A stretch of DNA of 64,000 nt, from assembly GCA_035515675.1 (NCBI GenBank), contig DATJBA010000122.1:3225-67224 (forward strand), written 5' to 3'. Shown one piece after another: positions 40,939 through 49,749 of the stretch. Within the stretch, counting starts at the first letter, position 1. The number at the start of each line of letters is the position of its first letter. The stretch is from Mycobacterium sp. (GTDB taxonomy: Bacteria; Actinomycetota; Actinomycetes; Mycobacteriales; Mycobacteriaceae). The notes beneath the pieces are model-generated. The model saw only the letters and a program-made list of their open reading frames with translations. It did no database searches and was not told where the DNA came from. A program made the position numbers and the translations under genes.

Positions 40939-41632
40939 CCTCTTGGCCGCAGTCTCATCGGCTTGCGTCCATTGATGAACGCAATCTTTGCTGTGGTGCA
41001 ACGAAAATCGTGGTTATCAGCGCCAACACCATGCCGGACAACAGCAGCTATTTTCAAGCAACTGGGGCGCCGCGGGTCCCGTTGCTTAGTTAGCCGGCAA
41101 AATGATGAATGCCCTAATTTGGTCTTTTGGTCGGGTACATGGTTGACCAGCTGATGTCCTCGCGTACCGTCGGCACATGTGTTTCGGGTATGTCGACTGC
41201 GTAGTCACGCATCGTCAAGCCGGCGGTCGCGACGCTGGTGAGGGATCAGGCAGGTTGGGAAACCCTTACTTCATCGGTGCTGCTTCGCGCGGCAGAAGTC
41301 GGGCCGTCCCAGGTAAGCCGGTGGTGCCCCCGGTTGGCGGCGCGCTAACCCGGACGCCGCGCGGGCGGTCGCACGGTTCGTCGCGACACGGAAGTGGCCC
41401 GGCATCATTTCGACATCAATGGGGTGTCTGTTTTCGTAATATTCGTGATTTGACTTCGTATTTCTTGTCGGCTGGAGCAAAGTTATGCGAGCCCGGCGAT
41501 AATAGGGAGCGTAATGGGGTAGTTCCCCGCACTGGGGCTACCCGCTCGCAGGGTCCGCAGGGTACGGGCATGGCCACAGATAGGGGCATAATCCGTCGGC
41601 TGGGAGGCTTGGTGAACGGGCAGAGAGGTCAA

Positions 41633-43690
41633 ATGCGTAAGCTGGTCGGGCGTGCGCTGGTCAGCTTTGCGACCACAGCGGTAGCCGCCGTCTTGCTGGC
41701 GCCTGCCGTGGCCGCGACTCCTGCAAGCGACGCCGACGATGCCATCACGGCCGCGTGGGAGAAGGCCGGTGGCGACACCTCAAGCCTGGGCGCCAAGAAA
41801 GGTGATGTCTACCCCGTCGGCGACGGCTTCGCACAGGACTTCGCCGGCGGCAAGATGTTCTACACGCCGGCTACCGGTGCCCACTCGATTTACGGCCCGG
41901 TTCTGGAGAAATACGAATCACTGGGCGGGCCGGGCGGCAGCGATCTGGGATTCCCAACCATCAATGAAGTGCCTGGCCTCGCCGGACCCGACAGCCGGGC
42001 GAGTACCTTTTCGGCCAGCGACAAGCCGGTGATTTTCTGGACGCCCGACCACGGCGCGTTCGTTGTACGCGGCGCGCTCAACGCCGCCTGGGACAAATTC
42101 GGCAGCTCGGGCGGCGTTCTCGGTGTCCCGATCGGGGACGAAACCTACGACGGCGAGGTTTTCTCCCAGAAGTTCAGCGGCGGCCAGATCTCCTGGAACA
42201 GGCAAACCAATGAGTTCACCACCGACCCGGCGGCGCTGGCCGACCAGTTGAAGGGCTTGCAGGTACCGATCGATCCCACCGCGGCCATCAACATGGCCTG
42301 GCGTGCGGCCGGCGGCTCCAACGGTCCGCTGGGCGCCAAGCAGGGCACGGAGTACCCGATCGGCGGTGACGGGAGTGTCCAGGACTTCGCTGGCGGCAAG
42401 GTGTATTTCAGCCCGGCCACCGGCGCCAATGCCGTCGAGAGTGACATCCTGGCCAAGTATGAGTCGGTGGGCGGGCCGGTCGGCAGCGACCTGGGTTTCC
42501 CCACCGTCAACGAGTCCGACGGCGGTATCGGGCCTTCCAGCCGGATCTGCACGTTCTCCGCAGCTGACAAGCCGGTGATCTTCTGGACCTCTGATCACGG
42601 CGCGTTCGTCGTGCGCGGAGCTATGAAGGCCGCGTGGGACAAGCTTCGCGGTCCTGCCGGCAAACTGGGCGCCCCGGTCGGCGATCAGGCTGTGGACGGC
42701 GATGTGGTCTCGCAGAAATTCACCGGCGGCAAGATTTCGTGGAACCGGGCGAAAAACACGTTCAGCACCGAGCCGTCCAACCTGGCGCAGTTATTGTCCG
42801 GTCTGCAAGTGTCAGGGCAGACCCAGCCAAGTACTTCGGCGATGCCTCCCCATACCAAGAAGTTCATCTGGCATTGGTGGTGGCTGCTAGCCGCCATTCC
42901 GGTGCTGGTATTGGTCGTGTTGTCGGTGTTGGTGGCGTTCGGATGGCGTCGGCGTCGCCCCGGCCATGAGACCGCTGACTACGAACCTGACCACGTGGAC
43001 GTTGGCTACGATGCCGCGGTTGACGGGCGCTGGGGGCACGTTGACGCCGATGCCACCGAAAACTTCCCACCCGGCGACCTGCACCCACCGGAACATCGGC
43101 CGCCGCCGGATGCCGGGTCCGCAGTCAGTCGGCGGCGAGCCGGGGCTGCTGCCGACCTGGCCGAGGGTGTCGCACCTGCCGGGGCGGATGACGGTGAAAT
43201 GCCGTCCGGATCCGAGGAGGGCTCGGGTCGTTTAGGGGGTCAGTTAGGGATCGGAGAGGAAGATTCCGACGCGGTGGACACCGATTCCATACCCGTCGTC
43301 TCGGAGGCGCTTCTGTCGGAGGCCGCTTATCCCGATGCCGCCTGGGAGGCCGCGGTTCCGGATGCCCACGTTTCCGACACCGTCGCCGCCGATGCCGTCG
43401 CGTCCGGCGCATTGCCGAGAACCGGGCGGCACGCAGCCGTGGATACCGAAGATGACTCGGAATTGGCCCCGGAAGCAGCCAACGCGCTGCCCGGCCCGAC
43501 TGGCCGCCCGACAATCCACCTGCCGTTGGACGACCCATACCAGGTGCCCGACGGATATCCGATCAAGGCCAACGCCAGCTTCGGCCTGTACTACACGCCC
43601 GGCAGCCCGCTTTATAACGACACGCTCGCCGAAATGTGGTTGTCCAGCGAAGAAGTCGCGCAAGCCAACGGCTTCATCAAGGCCGGCTGA
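41633..43690 (+). CDS. secreted/membrane-anchored LGFP-repeat protein with an acidic cytoplasmic tail (Rv2721c-like)
   Basis: Signal peptide (MRKLVGRALVSFATTAVAAVLLAPAVAA). Repeated ...YESLGGPGGSDLGFPT... units fall in two duplicated blocks. One TM segment (WWWLLAAIPVLVLVVLSVLVAFGW). The conserved C-terminal motif is YPIKANASFGLYYTPGSPLYNDT...EEVAQANGF. Confidence 0.85.
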   Translation: MRKLVGRALVSFATTAVAAVLLAPAVAATPASDADDAITAAWEKAGGDTSSLGAKKGDVYPVGDGFAQDFAGGKMFYTPATGAHSIYGPVLEKYESLGGPGGSDLGFPTINEVPGLAGPDSRASTFSASDKPVIFWTPDHGAFVVRGALNAAWDKFGSSGGVLGVPIGDETYDGEVFSQKFSGGQISWNRQTNEFTTDPAALADQLKGLQVPIDPTAAINMAWRAAGGSNGPLGAKQGTEYPIGGDGSVQDFAGGKVYFSPATGANAVESDILAKYESVGGPVGSDLGFPTVNESDGGIGPSSRICTFSAADKPVIFWTSDHGAFVVRGAMKAAWDKLRGPAGKLGAPVGDQAVDGDVVSQKFTGGKISWNRAKNTFSTEPSNLAQLLSGLQVSGQTQPSTSAMPPHTKKFIWHWWWLLAAIPVLVLVVLSVLVAFGWRRRRPGHETADYEPDHVDVGYDAAVDGRWGHVDADATENFPPGDLHPPEHRPPPDAGSAVSRRRAGAAADLAEGVAPAGADDGEMPSGSEEGSGRLGGQLGIGEEDSDAVDTDSIPVVSEALLSEAAYPDAAWEAAVPDAHVSDTVAADAVASGALPRTGRHAAVDTEDDSELAPEAANALPGPTGRPTIHLPLDDPYQVPDGYPIKANASFGLYYTPGSPLYNDTLAEMWLSSEEVAQANGFIKAG

Positions 43691-43733
43691 CCCGGGGACC
43701 CCGCAAAGATTACTCAGCGACCGCTGCCGGGCA

Positions 43734-44441
43734 CTATATCTTGCGAATCACCGTGACGACCTTGCCAAGCACGGTCGCGTCATTACCGGGTATGGGATCG
43801 AACGCCGGGTTGTGCGGCATTAGCCACACCTGACCGCCCGCGCGCTTGAACGTCTTGACAGTGGCCTCACCGTCAAGCATGGCCGCGACGATGTCGCCGT
43901 TGTCGGCGACGTTCTGCTGCCGCACCACCACCCAGTCGCCGTCGCAGATCGCGGCCTCGACCATCGAGTCACCGACCACCTTGAGCAAAAAGAGCGTGCC
44001 CTCGCCGACAAGCTCACGAGGCAGCGGGAAGACGTCTTCGACCGCTTCCTCGGCAAGGATCGGTCCACCGGCCGCGATGCGCCCGAGGACGGGGACAAAA
44101 GTGGGTTCGGGCAAGGCATCTGAGCCGGCGACTTCGGTGAGGACACTGGGCGCGGCGCCAGTGGTCGCCTCGGCACCCCGGACATCGACAGCTCGGGGGC
44201 GGTTTGGGTCGCGGCGCAGGTATCCCTTGCGCTCCAGGGTGCGCAGTTGGTGAGCCACCGAGGATGTCGATGTGAGCCCGACGGCGTCGCCGATTTCCCT
44301 GATGCTCGGCGGGTAACCGCGGCTGGTGACCGACGCACGGATGACGTTGAGAATGGTGCGCTGCCGTTCGGTAAGCGATGAATCCACGTAATGCGACCGG
44401 CTGTCCGCGGCGGCGGATGAGGTGTCGTTGCTGTCGCTCAT
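43734..44441 (-). CDS. lexA: SOS repressor LexA
   Basis: [53 protein letters not shown] is the winged HTH. The cleavage site is AAG and the S24 peptidase motifs are GDSM...K. Confidence 0.95.
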   Translation of the reverse strand: MSDSNDTSSAAADSRSHYVDSSLTERQRTILNVIRASVTSRGYPPSIREIGDAVGLTSTSSVAHQLRTLERKGYLRRDPNRPRAVDVRGAEATTGAAPSVLTEVAGSDALPEPTFVPVLGRIAAGGPILAEEAVEDVFPLPRELVGEGTLFLLKVVGDSMVEAAICDGDWVVVRQQNVADNGDIVAAMLDGEATVKTFKRAGGQVWLMPHNPAFDPIPGNDATVLGKVVTVIRKI

Positions 44442-44473
44442 GGGAATTAATGTAGCCGCATCGCGGTCAAGAA

Positions 44474-44489
44474 TCAAACAAGTGTTCGA
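44474..44489. promoter_or_regulatory. LexA SOS box upstream of lexA
   Basis: The minus strand reads TCGAACACTTGTTTGA. It lies 33 nt upstream of the lexA ATG. Confidence 0.75.
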
Positions 44490-44613
44490 CGAGCGTGTCG
44501 CGGCCCCGGTGCACGCCGCCAAAGGGCCCTGGAACTCGATGAATAACAAATATGTAACTCGCGCAGAGGCAGGGGTATTCGTGCTCCATGTCAGTGGCGG
44601 TGACCGGCGCACC

Positions 44614-44636
44614 TTGTCGGTGGTCTGGTCTAGCAT
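44614..44636 (+). promoter_or_regulatory. RecA-NDp-type promoter motif facing the LysM gene
   Basis: TTGTCGGTG, then 8 nt, then TAGCAT. This is the same architecture as the element upstream of recA. Confidence 0.65.
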
Positions 44637-44674
44637 TTTGCTCGTCCGACATGCCTCGCTCAAACGTTCGCCTA

Positions 44675-44712
44675 TCGAGCACACGAGCGACTATAGTCGA
44701 ACACACGAGCGA
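44675..44712 (+). repeat. tandem 16-nt direct repeat (15/16 identical) with 22-nt periodicity, downstream of the RecA-NDp motif
   Basis: TCGAGCACACGAGCGA (44675-44690), then CTATAG, then TCGAACACACGAGCGA (44697-44712). Confidence 0.6.
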
Positions 44713-44974
44713 GAACTAGTTGGCCGGAGGAACGCAGATGACCGGTAGAGAGGTAGCGCGCAAGCCACGCCCGTCAGGGCGTGATAAGCGCATCAGTGAT
44801 CTGTCGGTGGTGACCACAATTGAATCCCCCGGAGAGATCCCAAGGTCAGGACATCGACCGGCGTCGGAGAAAGTAATCGGCGAGGCCGCGGAAACACAGA
44901 CAGCTGCGGCGCCCGCAAGGGATAGAGTCGATCGGCGCGAACGCAAAACGCCCCCGGCTTACGGCGGTGCTGTG

Positions 44975-45532
44975 ATGGGCATCGAGACAGCCGGATGCCG
45001 GCGTGTAGGAATCCATCGCCTTCAGGCGGTGGAGGATGTCAAAATCATTCACGCGGTTTCGCCGCGTACCAGCAGGGTTCGGCGCCCGATCGACGGCTCG
45101 GTCCAGGGGCCCCGTTGTGGCCGCGATGGGCTGGCCCGGTCTCGCAGACCAGGCCCGTCGAGGCCGACGGTCGCGCCACCGCGCTACTACGGCGCCGGCG
45201 TCGCGATGTCCGTCGTGCCTCATCACAGGCGTCCCGTCACGGTGGCGACGACTGTGGGCCTGGCTCTGGTCGCCGGGATGATCACCCTGTGGCTGGGTCT
45301 TGTCGCGAATGTCGGGCAGATGATCAACGGCAACTCCGCGAGATCGGCCGCTCGCCTACCCGACCGGCTCGCCGTCGTGCGGGTTGAACCGAGGGAGTCT
45401 CTTGAGGATGTCGCTCACCGGGTGGCGCCCGACGCGCCGGCTCGGCAAGTTGCCGAGCGCATCCGCGAACTCAACGACCTGAACTCGCCGACGCTGGTCG
45501 CGGGCCAGACCCTGATCGCGCCGGTCGGCTGA
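44975..45532 (+). CDS. LysM-domain membrane protein (Rv2719c-like, DNA-damage inducible in M. tuberculosis)
   Basis: One TM segment ([20 protein letters not shown]) and a C-terminal LysM ([21 protein letters not shown]...[23 protein letters not shown]). The start is uncertain; ATG 44738 with a strong SD is an alternative. Confidence 0.75.
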   Translation: MGIETAGCRRVGIHRLQAVEDVKIIHAVSPRTSRVRRPIDGSVQGPRCGRDGLARSRRPGPSRPTVAPPRYYGAGVAMSVVPHHRRPVTVATTVGLALVAGMITLWLGLVANVGQMINGNSARSAARLPDRLAVVRVEPRESLEDVAHRVAPDAPARQVAERIRELNDLNSPTLVAGQTLIAPVG

Positions 45533-45695
45533 CGGCATCACGGTGTATTGCGAAAACCGCTCTACGTCAAGGCTCCTCGGTTCTCGCGGCGGTGAGCACG
45601 CACGTGTTTCGGCTGCATTAGCCCTGCGGGGAGCGCACAGGTACGCTCTTCAGTGTTCTGCGATCCCGGGATGTCAGCACAGCGAAGGAGCGGTC

Positions 45696-46160
45696 ATGCA
45701 TTGTCCGTTCTGCCGTCATCCCGATTCCCGGGTGATCGACTCCCGGGAAACTGATGAAGGGCAGGCTATTCGGCGCCGCCGGTCGTGTCCCGAGTGCGGA
45801 CGGCGTTTCACCACCGTGGAAACCGCAGTACTGGCCGTGGTCAAACGCAGTGGTGTCACCGAGCCCTTCAGCAGGGAGAAGGTCATCAGCGGAGTCCGCC
45901 GGGCATGCCAGGGCCGCCAGGTAGATGACGATGCGCTGAATCTGCTGGCCCAGCAGGTGGAAGACACCGTGCGTGCTGCGGGGTCGCCGGAGGTCCCGAG
46001 TCACGAGGTCGGCCTGGCCATCCTGGGGCCGTTGCGAGACCTTGACGAGGTGGCTTACCTGCGATTCGCGTCGGTATACCGGTCCTTCTCGTCCGCGGAC
46101 GATTTCGAGCGCGAGATCGAGGCGCTGCGCGCGCACCGCAAAGTATCAACTCCGGGCTGA
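45696..46160 (+). CDS. nrdR: transcriptional repressor NrdR
   Basis: Zinc ribbon [17 protein letters not shown]...[10 protein letters not shown] plus an ATP-cone. A GAAGGAG SD is present. Confidence 0.95.
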   Translation: MHCPFCRHPDSRVIDSRETDEGQAIRRRRSCPECGRRFTTVETAVLAVVKRSGVTEPFSREKVISGVRRACQGRQVDDDALNLLAQQVEDTVRAAGSPEVPSHEVGLAILGPLRDLDEVAYLRFASVYRSFSSADDFEREIEALRAHRKVSTPG

Positions 46161-46212
46161 CGGAGCGCGCAAGCGGGGGACCCCCACATCGTCGCCGGGC
46201 TAGGCTGTTTTC

Positions 46213-46698
46213 ATGTCCGTTGACTTGCATCCTGATCTCGAGGCGCTGGCACCAATGCTGGGTACCTGGGCTGGTCAGGGTGCGGGCAAGTACCCGACGA
46301 TCCAGCCCTTCGAGTATTTCGAGGAAGTCGTGTTTTCCCATGTGGGCAAACCGTTTCTGGCCTACGCCCAGAAGACCAAGGCGGTAGCCGACGGCAAACC
46401 TTTGCACGCCGAGACGGGGTATCTTCGCGTGCCGCAACCGGGTCACGTTGAACTGGTTCTGGCTCACCCGAGCGGCATCACCGAAATCGAAGTGGGCACG
46501 TATTCGGTGATTGGTGACCGCATCGCAATCGAATTGTCCACAACAGCGATCGGGTTGGCCCCGACCGCCAAAGAGGTGACCGCGCTTGGGCGTTCCTTCC
46601 GCATCGACGGCGACGAGCTTTCGTACTCGGTGCAGATGGGCGCGGTCGGGCAACCCTTGCAAGACCACCTCGCCGCGGTGTTGCACCGACGGCGTTGA
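46213..46698 (+). CDS. nitrobindin / FABP-like beta-barrel protein (Rv2717c-like)
   Basis: LAPMLGTWAGQGAGKYPTIQPFEYFEEVVFSHVGKPFLAY and the C-terminal H (LAAVLHR) are typical of the family. Confidence 0.85.
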   Translation: MSVDLHPDLEALAPMLGTWAGQGAGKYPTIQPFEYFEEVVFSHVGKPFLAYAQKTKAVADGKPLHAETGYLRVPQPGHVELVLAHPSGITEIEVGTYSVIGDRIAIELSTTAIGLAPTAKEVTALGRSFRIDGDELSYSVQMGAVGQPLQDHLAAVLHRRR

Positions 46699-46735
46699 AC
46701 GACGCTCACGGGTGGCGTCGGGATTCGCCCCACAC

Positions 46736-47422
46736 TCAGTCCAGGTGTGTCACACCGTCGTTGACGACGCGCCCGGCCACGCCTACCCAGCCTTCGGGGT
46801 TCCAGGTGGTTTCGATCACCGAGCCCTTACCCTGGGTGATGCGCAGGTCGCGGCTGAGGTAGTCGGTGATCCGCATCGCCGCCGACCCGGTCGCTTCGTC
46901 TTCCCGCACACCCAGATTGGCGGCAAACATTCGGGCACGCAGCGACCCGGCACGCCGATCGGTCCAGGTCCACAGGTAGTGCGCGGTGTCTTCGGGAAAA
47001 TCGGCCGGGTCGGCGGCGAGAAGGTCGTCGACCGAATCGAGTTCGTGGATGGCAAATTCAGGAGCCCATTCCGAGCGTGCGGTGATGCCCGTGAGATCGC
47101 CCTCGTAGCTCACCTGCACGATGCCAGCCGGCACCTGCAGTGTGTTGATCGGCAAACCGCTCTCACGCAGCCACCACGACGCGCCAACGGTCGGGTGCCC
47201 GGCGAACGGAAGTCCGGTCCGTGGGGTGTAAATGGTGGCGTGCGCGGTGGTTGAGCCGGTGGCAGGAAGATCGACGAATATCATTTCGTTGTAACCCAAT
47301 TGGGTTGCCAGCTGCTGCCGGCGCGGGAGTCCGACCTGGCTGGCATCGACCACACCGAGCGGATTCCCGAAATTGCCGTCTGGATCGGCGAACACGCGCA
47401 ACATCGTCACGTCGATACCCAT
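46736..47422 (-). CDS. PhzF-family isomerase-like protein (Rv2716-like)
   Basis: [16 protein letters not shown]...FAGHPTVG is the typical PhzF pattern. Confidence 0.85.
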   Translation of the reverse strand: MGIDVTMLRVFADPDGNFGNPLGVVDASQVGLPRRQQLATQLGYNEMIFVDLPATGSTTAHATIYTPRTGLPFAGHPTVGASWWLRESGLPINTLQVPAGIVQVSYEGDLTGITARSEWAPEFAIHELDSVDDLLAADPADFPEDTAHYLWTWTDRRAGSLRARMFAANLGVREDEATGSAAMRITDYLSRDLRITQGKGSVIETTWNPEGWVGVAGRVVNDGVTHLD

Positions 47423-47457
47423 GGTCCCGACTGTACGGCGCCGGAGGAATCAGGTGA

Positions 47458-48489
47458 TCAGGTAGCGCTGCGTTCGTCGGAACCTATGGCGTTCAGCACG
47501 GCGACGCGGGTGTCGGCGGGGCCGGTGACGGTCTTCTCGCCGCCGCCGGTGCGGAGCAACTGGCGAAGGGCGGTTTGATCATATTCGGCGGGCTCGGTGG
47601 TGTCTATGAAGCGCTGGGCGACGTCGATGAAGCGGGCTGGGTGATCGTGAAACGGAAAGTGGCCGGAGCCTTCGAAGATCTCAAGGCGGGAGCCGGGCAT
47701 CGCGGCATGCGCCATCCACGCGTGACGGACGGGGACGACCACATCCTTGGTGCCCCAGATGATCTGCACCGGGATGGCCTCGGTCAAATAACATCGATCC
47801 AGCATGGTGACGATCTGCCCGCGCCAGTCCACCACCGCCCGCAGGGTCCGGCTGAATGCCGCTGAGGCCGTCGGTTCCGGCAGGTCATTCAGGATCCGCA
47901 GCGCGTTTGCCAGATCGTGGCCCAGGCCGGTGTTCCCGAGGGCCATGCCCGCCACCCGCCCGGCGATCTGTATTGCCGGTAGCACCAGGGGCAATCGCAA
48001 CAATGCGAGAGCTTCGCTGCCCATCGGCAACGAGGCCCACCGTAAGACGAAGTTGACATCCTTGGTAACGCCGCCGGCGGCGACTAGGATCAGCCGGTCG
48101 ACCAGATGCGGGAACTGGTAGGCGAATTGCATGGCCACCCCGCCGCCGAGCGAATGACCGATTATGGTCACCCGCTCGATGTCGAGCACGCTGAGCAGGT
48201 CACGCATCCCGTTGGCGTACGCGGCGACCGAATAGTCGGCGCGCGGTTTGTCGGATTGTCCGTGGCCTAGCAGATCGGGTGCGATGACCGTGAACCGCTG
48301 GGCGAGCTTGGCCTGCACGGTATTCCAGGTGGTGGAGTTGTCACCGATGCCGTGGATCAGCAGAATCGCCGGTCCAGAACCGGCGACCCGGTACGCCCGC
48401 TTGTAACCATGGATGGTGCGGAACTCCAGCGTGGGCGCGGTCACTTCGCGCACCGGGCGAAGATTGCTCATGCGCTTCCGCTCGGTCAT
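47458..48489 (-). CDS. alpha/beta hydrolase (Rv2715-like)
   Basis: HGIGDNSTTW and the nucleophile elbow GHSLGG. Confidence 0.85.
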   Translation of the reverse strand: MTERKRMSNLRPVREVTAPTLEFRTIHGYKRAYRVAGSGPAILLIHGIGDNSTTWNTVQAKLAQRFTVIAPDLLGHGQSDKPRADYSVAAYANGMRDLLSVLDIERVTIIGHSLGGGVAMQFAYQFPHLVDRLILVAAGGVTKDVNFVLRWASLPMGSEALALLRLPLVLPAIQIAGRVAGMALGNTGLGHDLANALRILNDLPEPTASAAFSRTLRAVVDWRGQIVTMLDRCYLTEAIPVQIIWGTKDVVVPVRHAWMAHAAMPGSRLEIFEGSGHFPFHDHPARFIDVAQRFIDTTEPAEYDQTALRQLLRTGGGEKTVTGPADTRVAVLNAIGSDERSAT

Positions 48490-48536
48490 CGCGCCAACCT
48501 TGTTGCCGGGCCAGCTAAGGGCGTTCTTAAAAAAAC

Positions 48537-49508
48537 TTACGCTTGGTCGTCGTCGGACTTCTTCTCTGCCTGCTGGGCCAGGAATCGCTCGAACTCTGCG
48601 CCAAGCTCGTCGCCGCTAGGCAGATCCTCGTCGCGAGTTAGTAACGACCTGTTCTCCTGAGCGTCGATGAACGCATCGTACTGGCGCTCGAGCGCAGCCA
48701 CCACCTGAGCCACTTCTGTGCTTGCCTGGACCTGCTCGTCGATCTTGGCGCGGATCTCTGCCGCCGCTTCGGAGAGCGCCGATAGCGGTAGCTGTAGCGA
48801 CCCGGTCTTGGCCACTTGCTCGAGCAACGCTTGGGCGGCGGCGGGGTAGTCGGTCTGCGTCAGGTAGTGCGGGACGTGCACGGTGAACCCGACAACCTGA
48901 TGACCATGCTGGGCCATCCGGTATTCCAGCAGGTTGGACGCGCTGCCGGGGACCTGGATCTCCGAGATCCACGGCTGGAAATCGGCGATCAATTCCTTGT
49001 TGTTGGAATGCGCAGTCAGCGTTATCGGCCGCGTGTGCGGAACCGCCATCGGGACGGTGCCTAGGCCGATGGTCTGTCGCACACCCAGCCGCTCGGCCAG
49101 CAGGCGCATGGCTGTGATGAAACGCTCCCACTTCAGATCCGGTTCCATGCCGGCCAGCAACAGAAACGGGGTGCCGACGCTGTCGCGCAGCGCGTACAAG
49201 CTCAGCTCTGGATCGTCATAGTGGGTGAAGTGATCGGTCTTGAAGGTCATCAGCGGCCGCCGCGAACGATAATCCAGCAATTCGTCGATGGCGAAGGACG
49301 CGACTAGCTCGGTGTCCAGGGCCGCCTTCAAGTGGGTTGCGGCCAGCCGTATTGCATGACCGGCGTCGGAGAAGCCCTCCAAAGCGTGCACCAACACCGG
49401 GCCGCGGCCGTCCGACGTCAACAACTGGGGCGCCGGGAACTCAAGCTCGTATATGCCAGGCTGCCCTGGCTGGTAGTACTCGTCGTCTCGGTCTTGACTG
49501 GGAACCAT
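48537..49508 (-). CDS. PAC2-family (proteasome assembly chaperone-like) protein (Rv2714-like)
   Basis: LVHALEGFSDAGHA...LLLAGMEPDLKWERF is the PAC2 pattern as I recall it. The C-terminal tail is acidic. Confidence 0.8.
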   Translation of the reverse strand: MVPSQDRDDEYYQPGQPGIYELEFPAPQLLTSDGRGPVLVHALEGFSDAGHAIRLAATHLKAALDTELVASFAIDELLDYRSRRPLMTFKTDHFTHYDDPELSLYALRDSVGTPFLLLAGMEPDLKWERFITAMRLLAERLGVRQTIGLGTVPMAVPHTRPITLTAHSNNKELIADFQPWISEIQVPGSASNLLEYRMAQHGHQVVGFTVHVPHYLTQTDYPAAAQALLEQVAKTGSLQLPLSALSEAAAEIRAKIDEQVQASTEVAQVVAALERQYDAFIDAQENRSLLTRDEDLPSGDELGAEFERFLAQQAEKKSDDDQA

Positions 49509-49749
49509 CGGGTTTGCCTCCGCTCGGGGGTCTCTCCAGGGTGCCCTAACCAGTGTCCCTCAAATCAACGGGCACCAATAATCGAACAGCGAACTGAAGT
49601 TCGTCTTTATGTTTGAAACGCGATAACGCTCGAACGTAATCTGCATGGAACATTTTTTTCGCGGCAGCAGGTTTGCCAGCAAACCAATTGGCACATGGTG
49701 GCACGTTGAGCTCTGCTTGCCGGCCCACGGTCAGGCATGATGGGAATCA

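Noticed and set aside
40963-41154. 63-aa plus ORF, and a 25-codon hydrophobic minus-strand mini-ORF (MVLALITTIFVAPQQ...), as small toxin-like peptides
   Set aside because: There is no ribosome-binding signal, no partner antisense structure that I could define and no conservation evidence. This is too speculative.
41271-41480. 69-codon minus-strand ORF in the fadE20-LGFP gap as a real gene
   Set aside because: It has moderate third-position G+C, no SD that I could see and no recognisable family. It is kept only as a possible Rv2722 remnant inside the gap finding.
41464-41490. RecA-NDp-like string (CTTGTCGGCTGGAGCAAAGTTATGCG) upstream of the LGFP-repeat gene
   Set aside because: The upstream half deviates (GCT instead of GTG). 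No register gives the 8-nt spacer followed by TAnnnT. This is probably a chance resemblance.
44697-44712. Second direct repeat (TCGAACACACGAGCGA) as an additional functional SOS box
   Set aside because: Only the left half-site matches. The right half (GAGCGA) departs from GTTCGA at two of six positions, and the element is a direct rather than inverted repeat with its neighbour. It is reported as a repeat, not as a LexA site.
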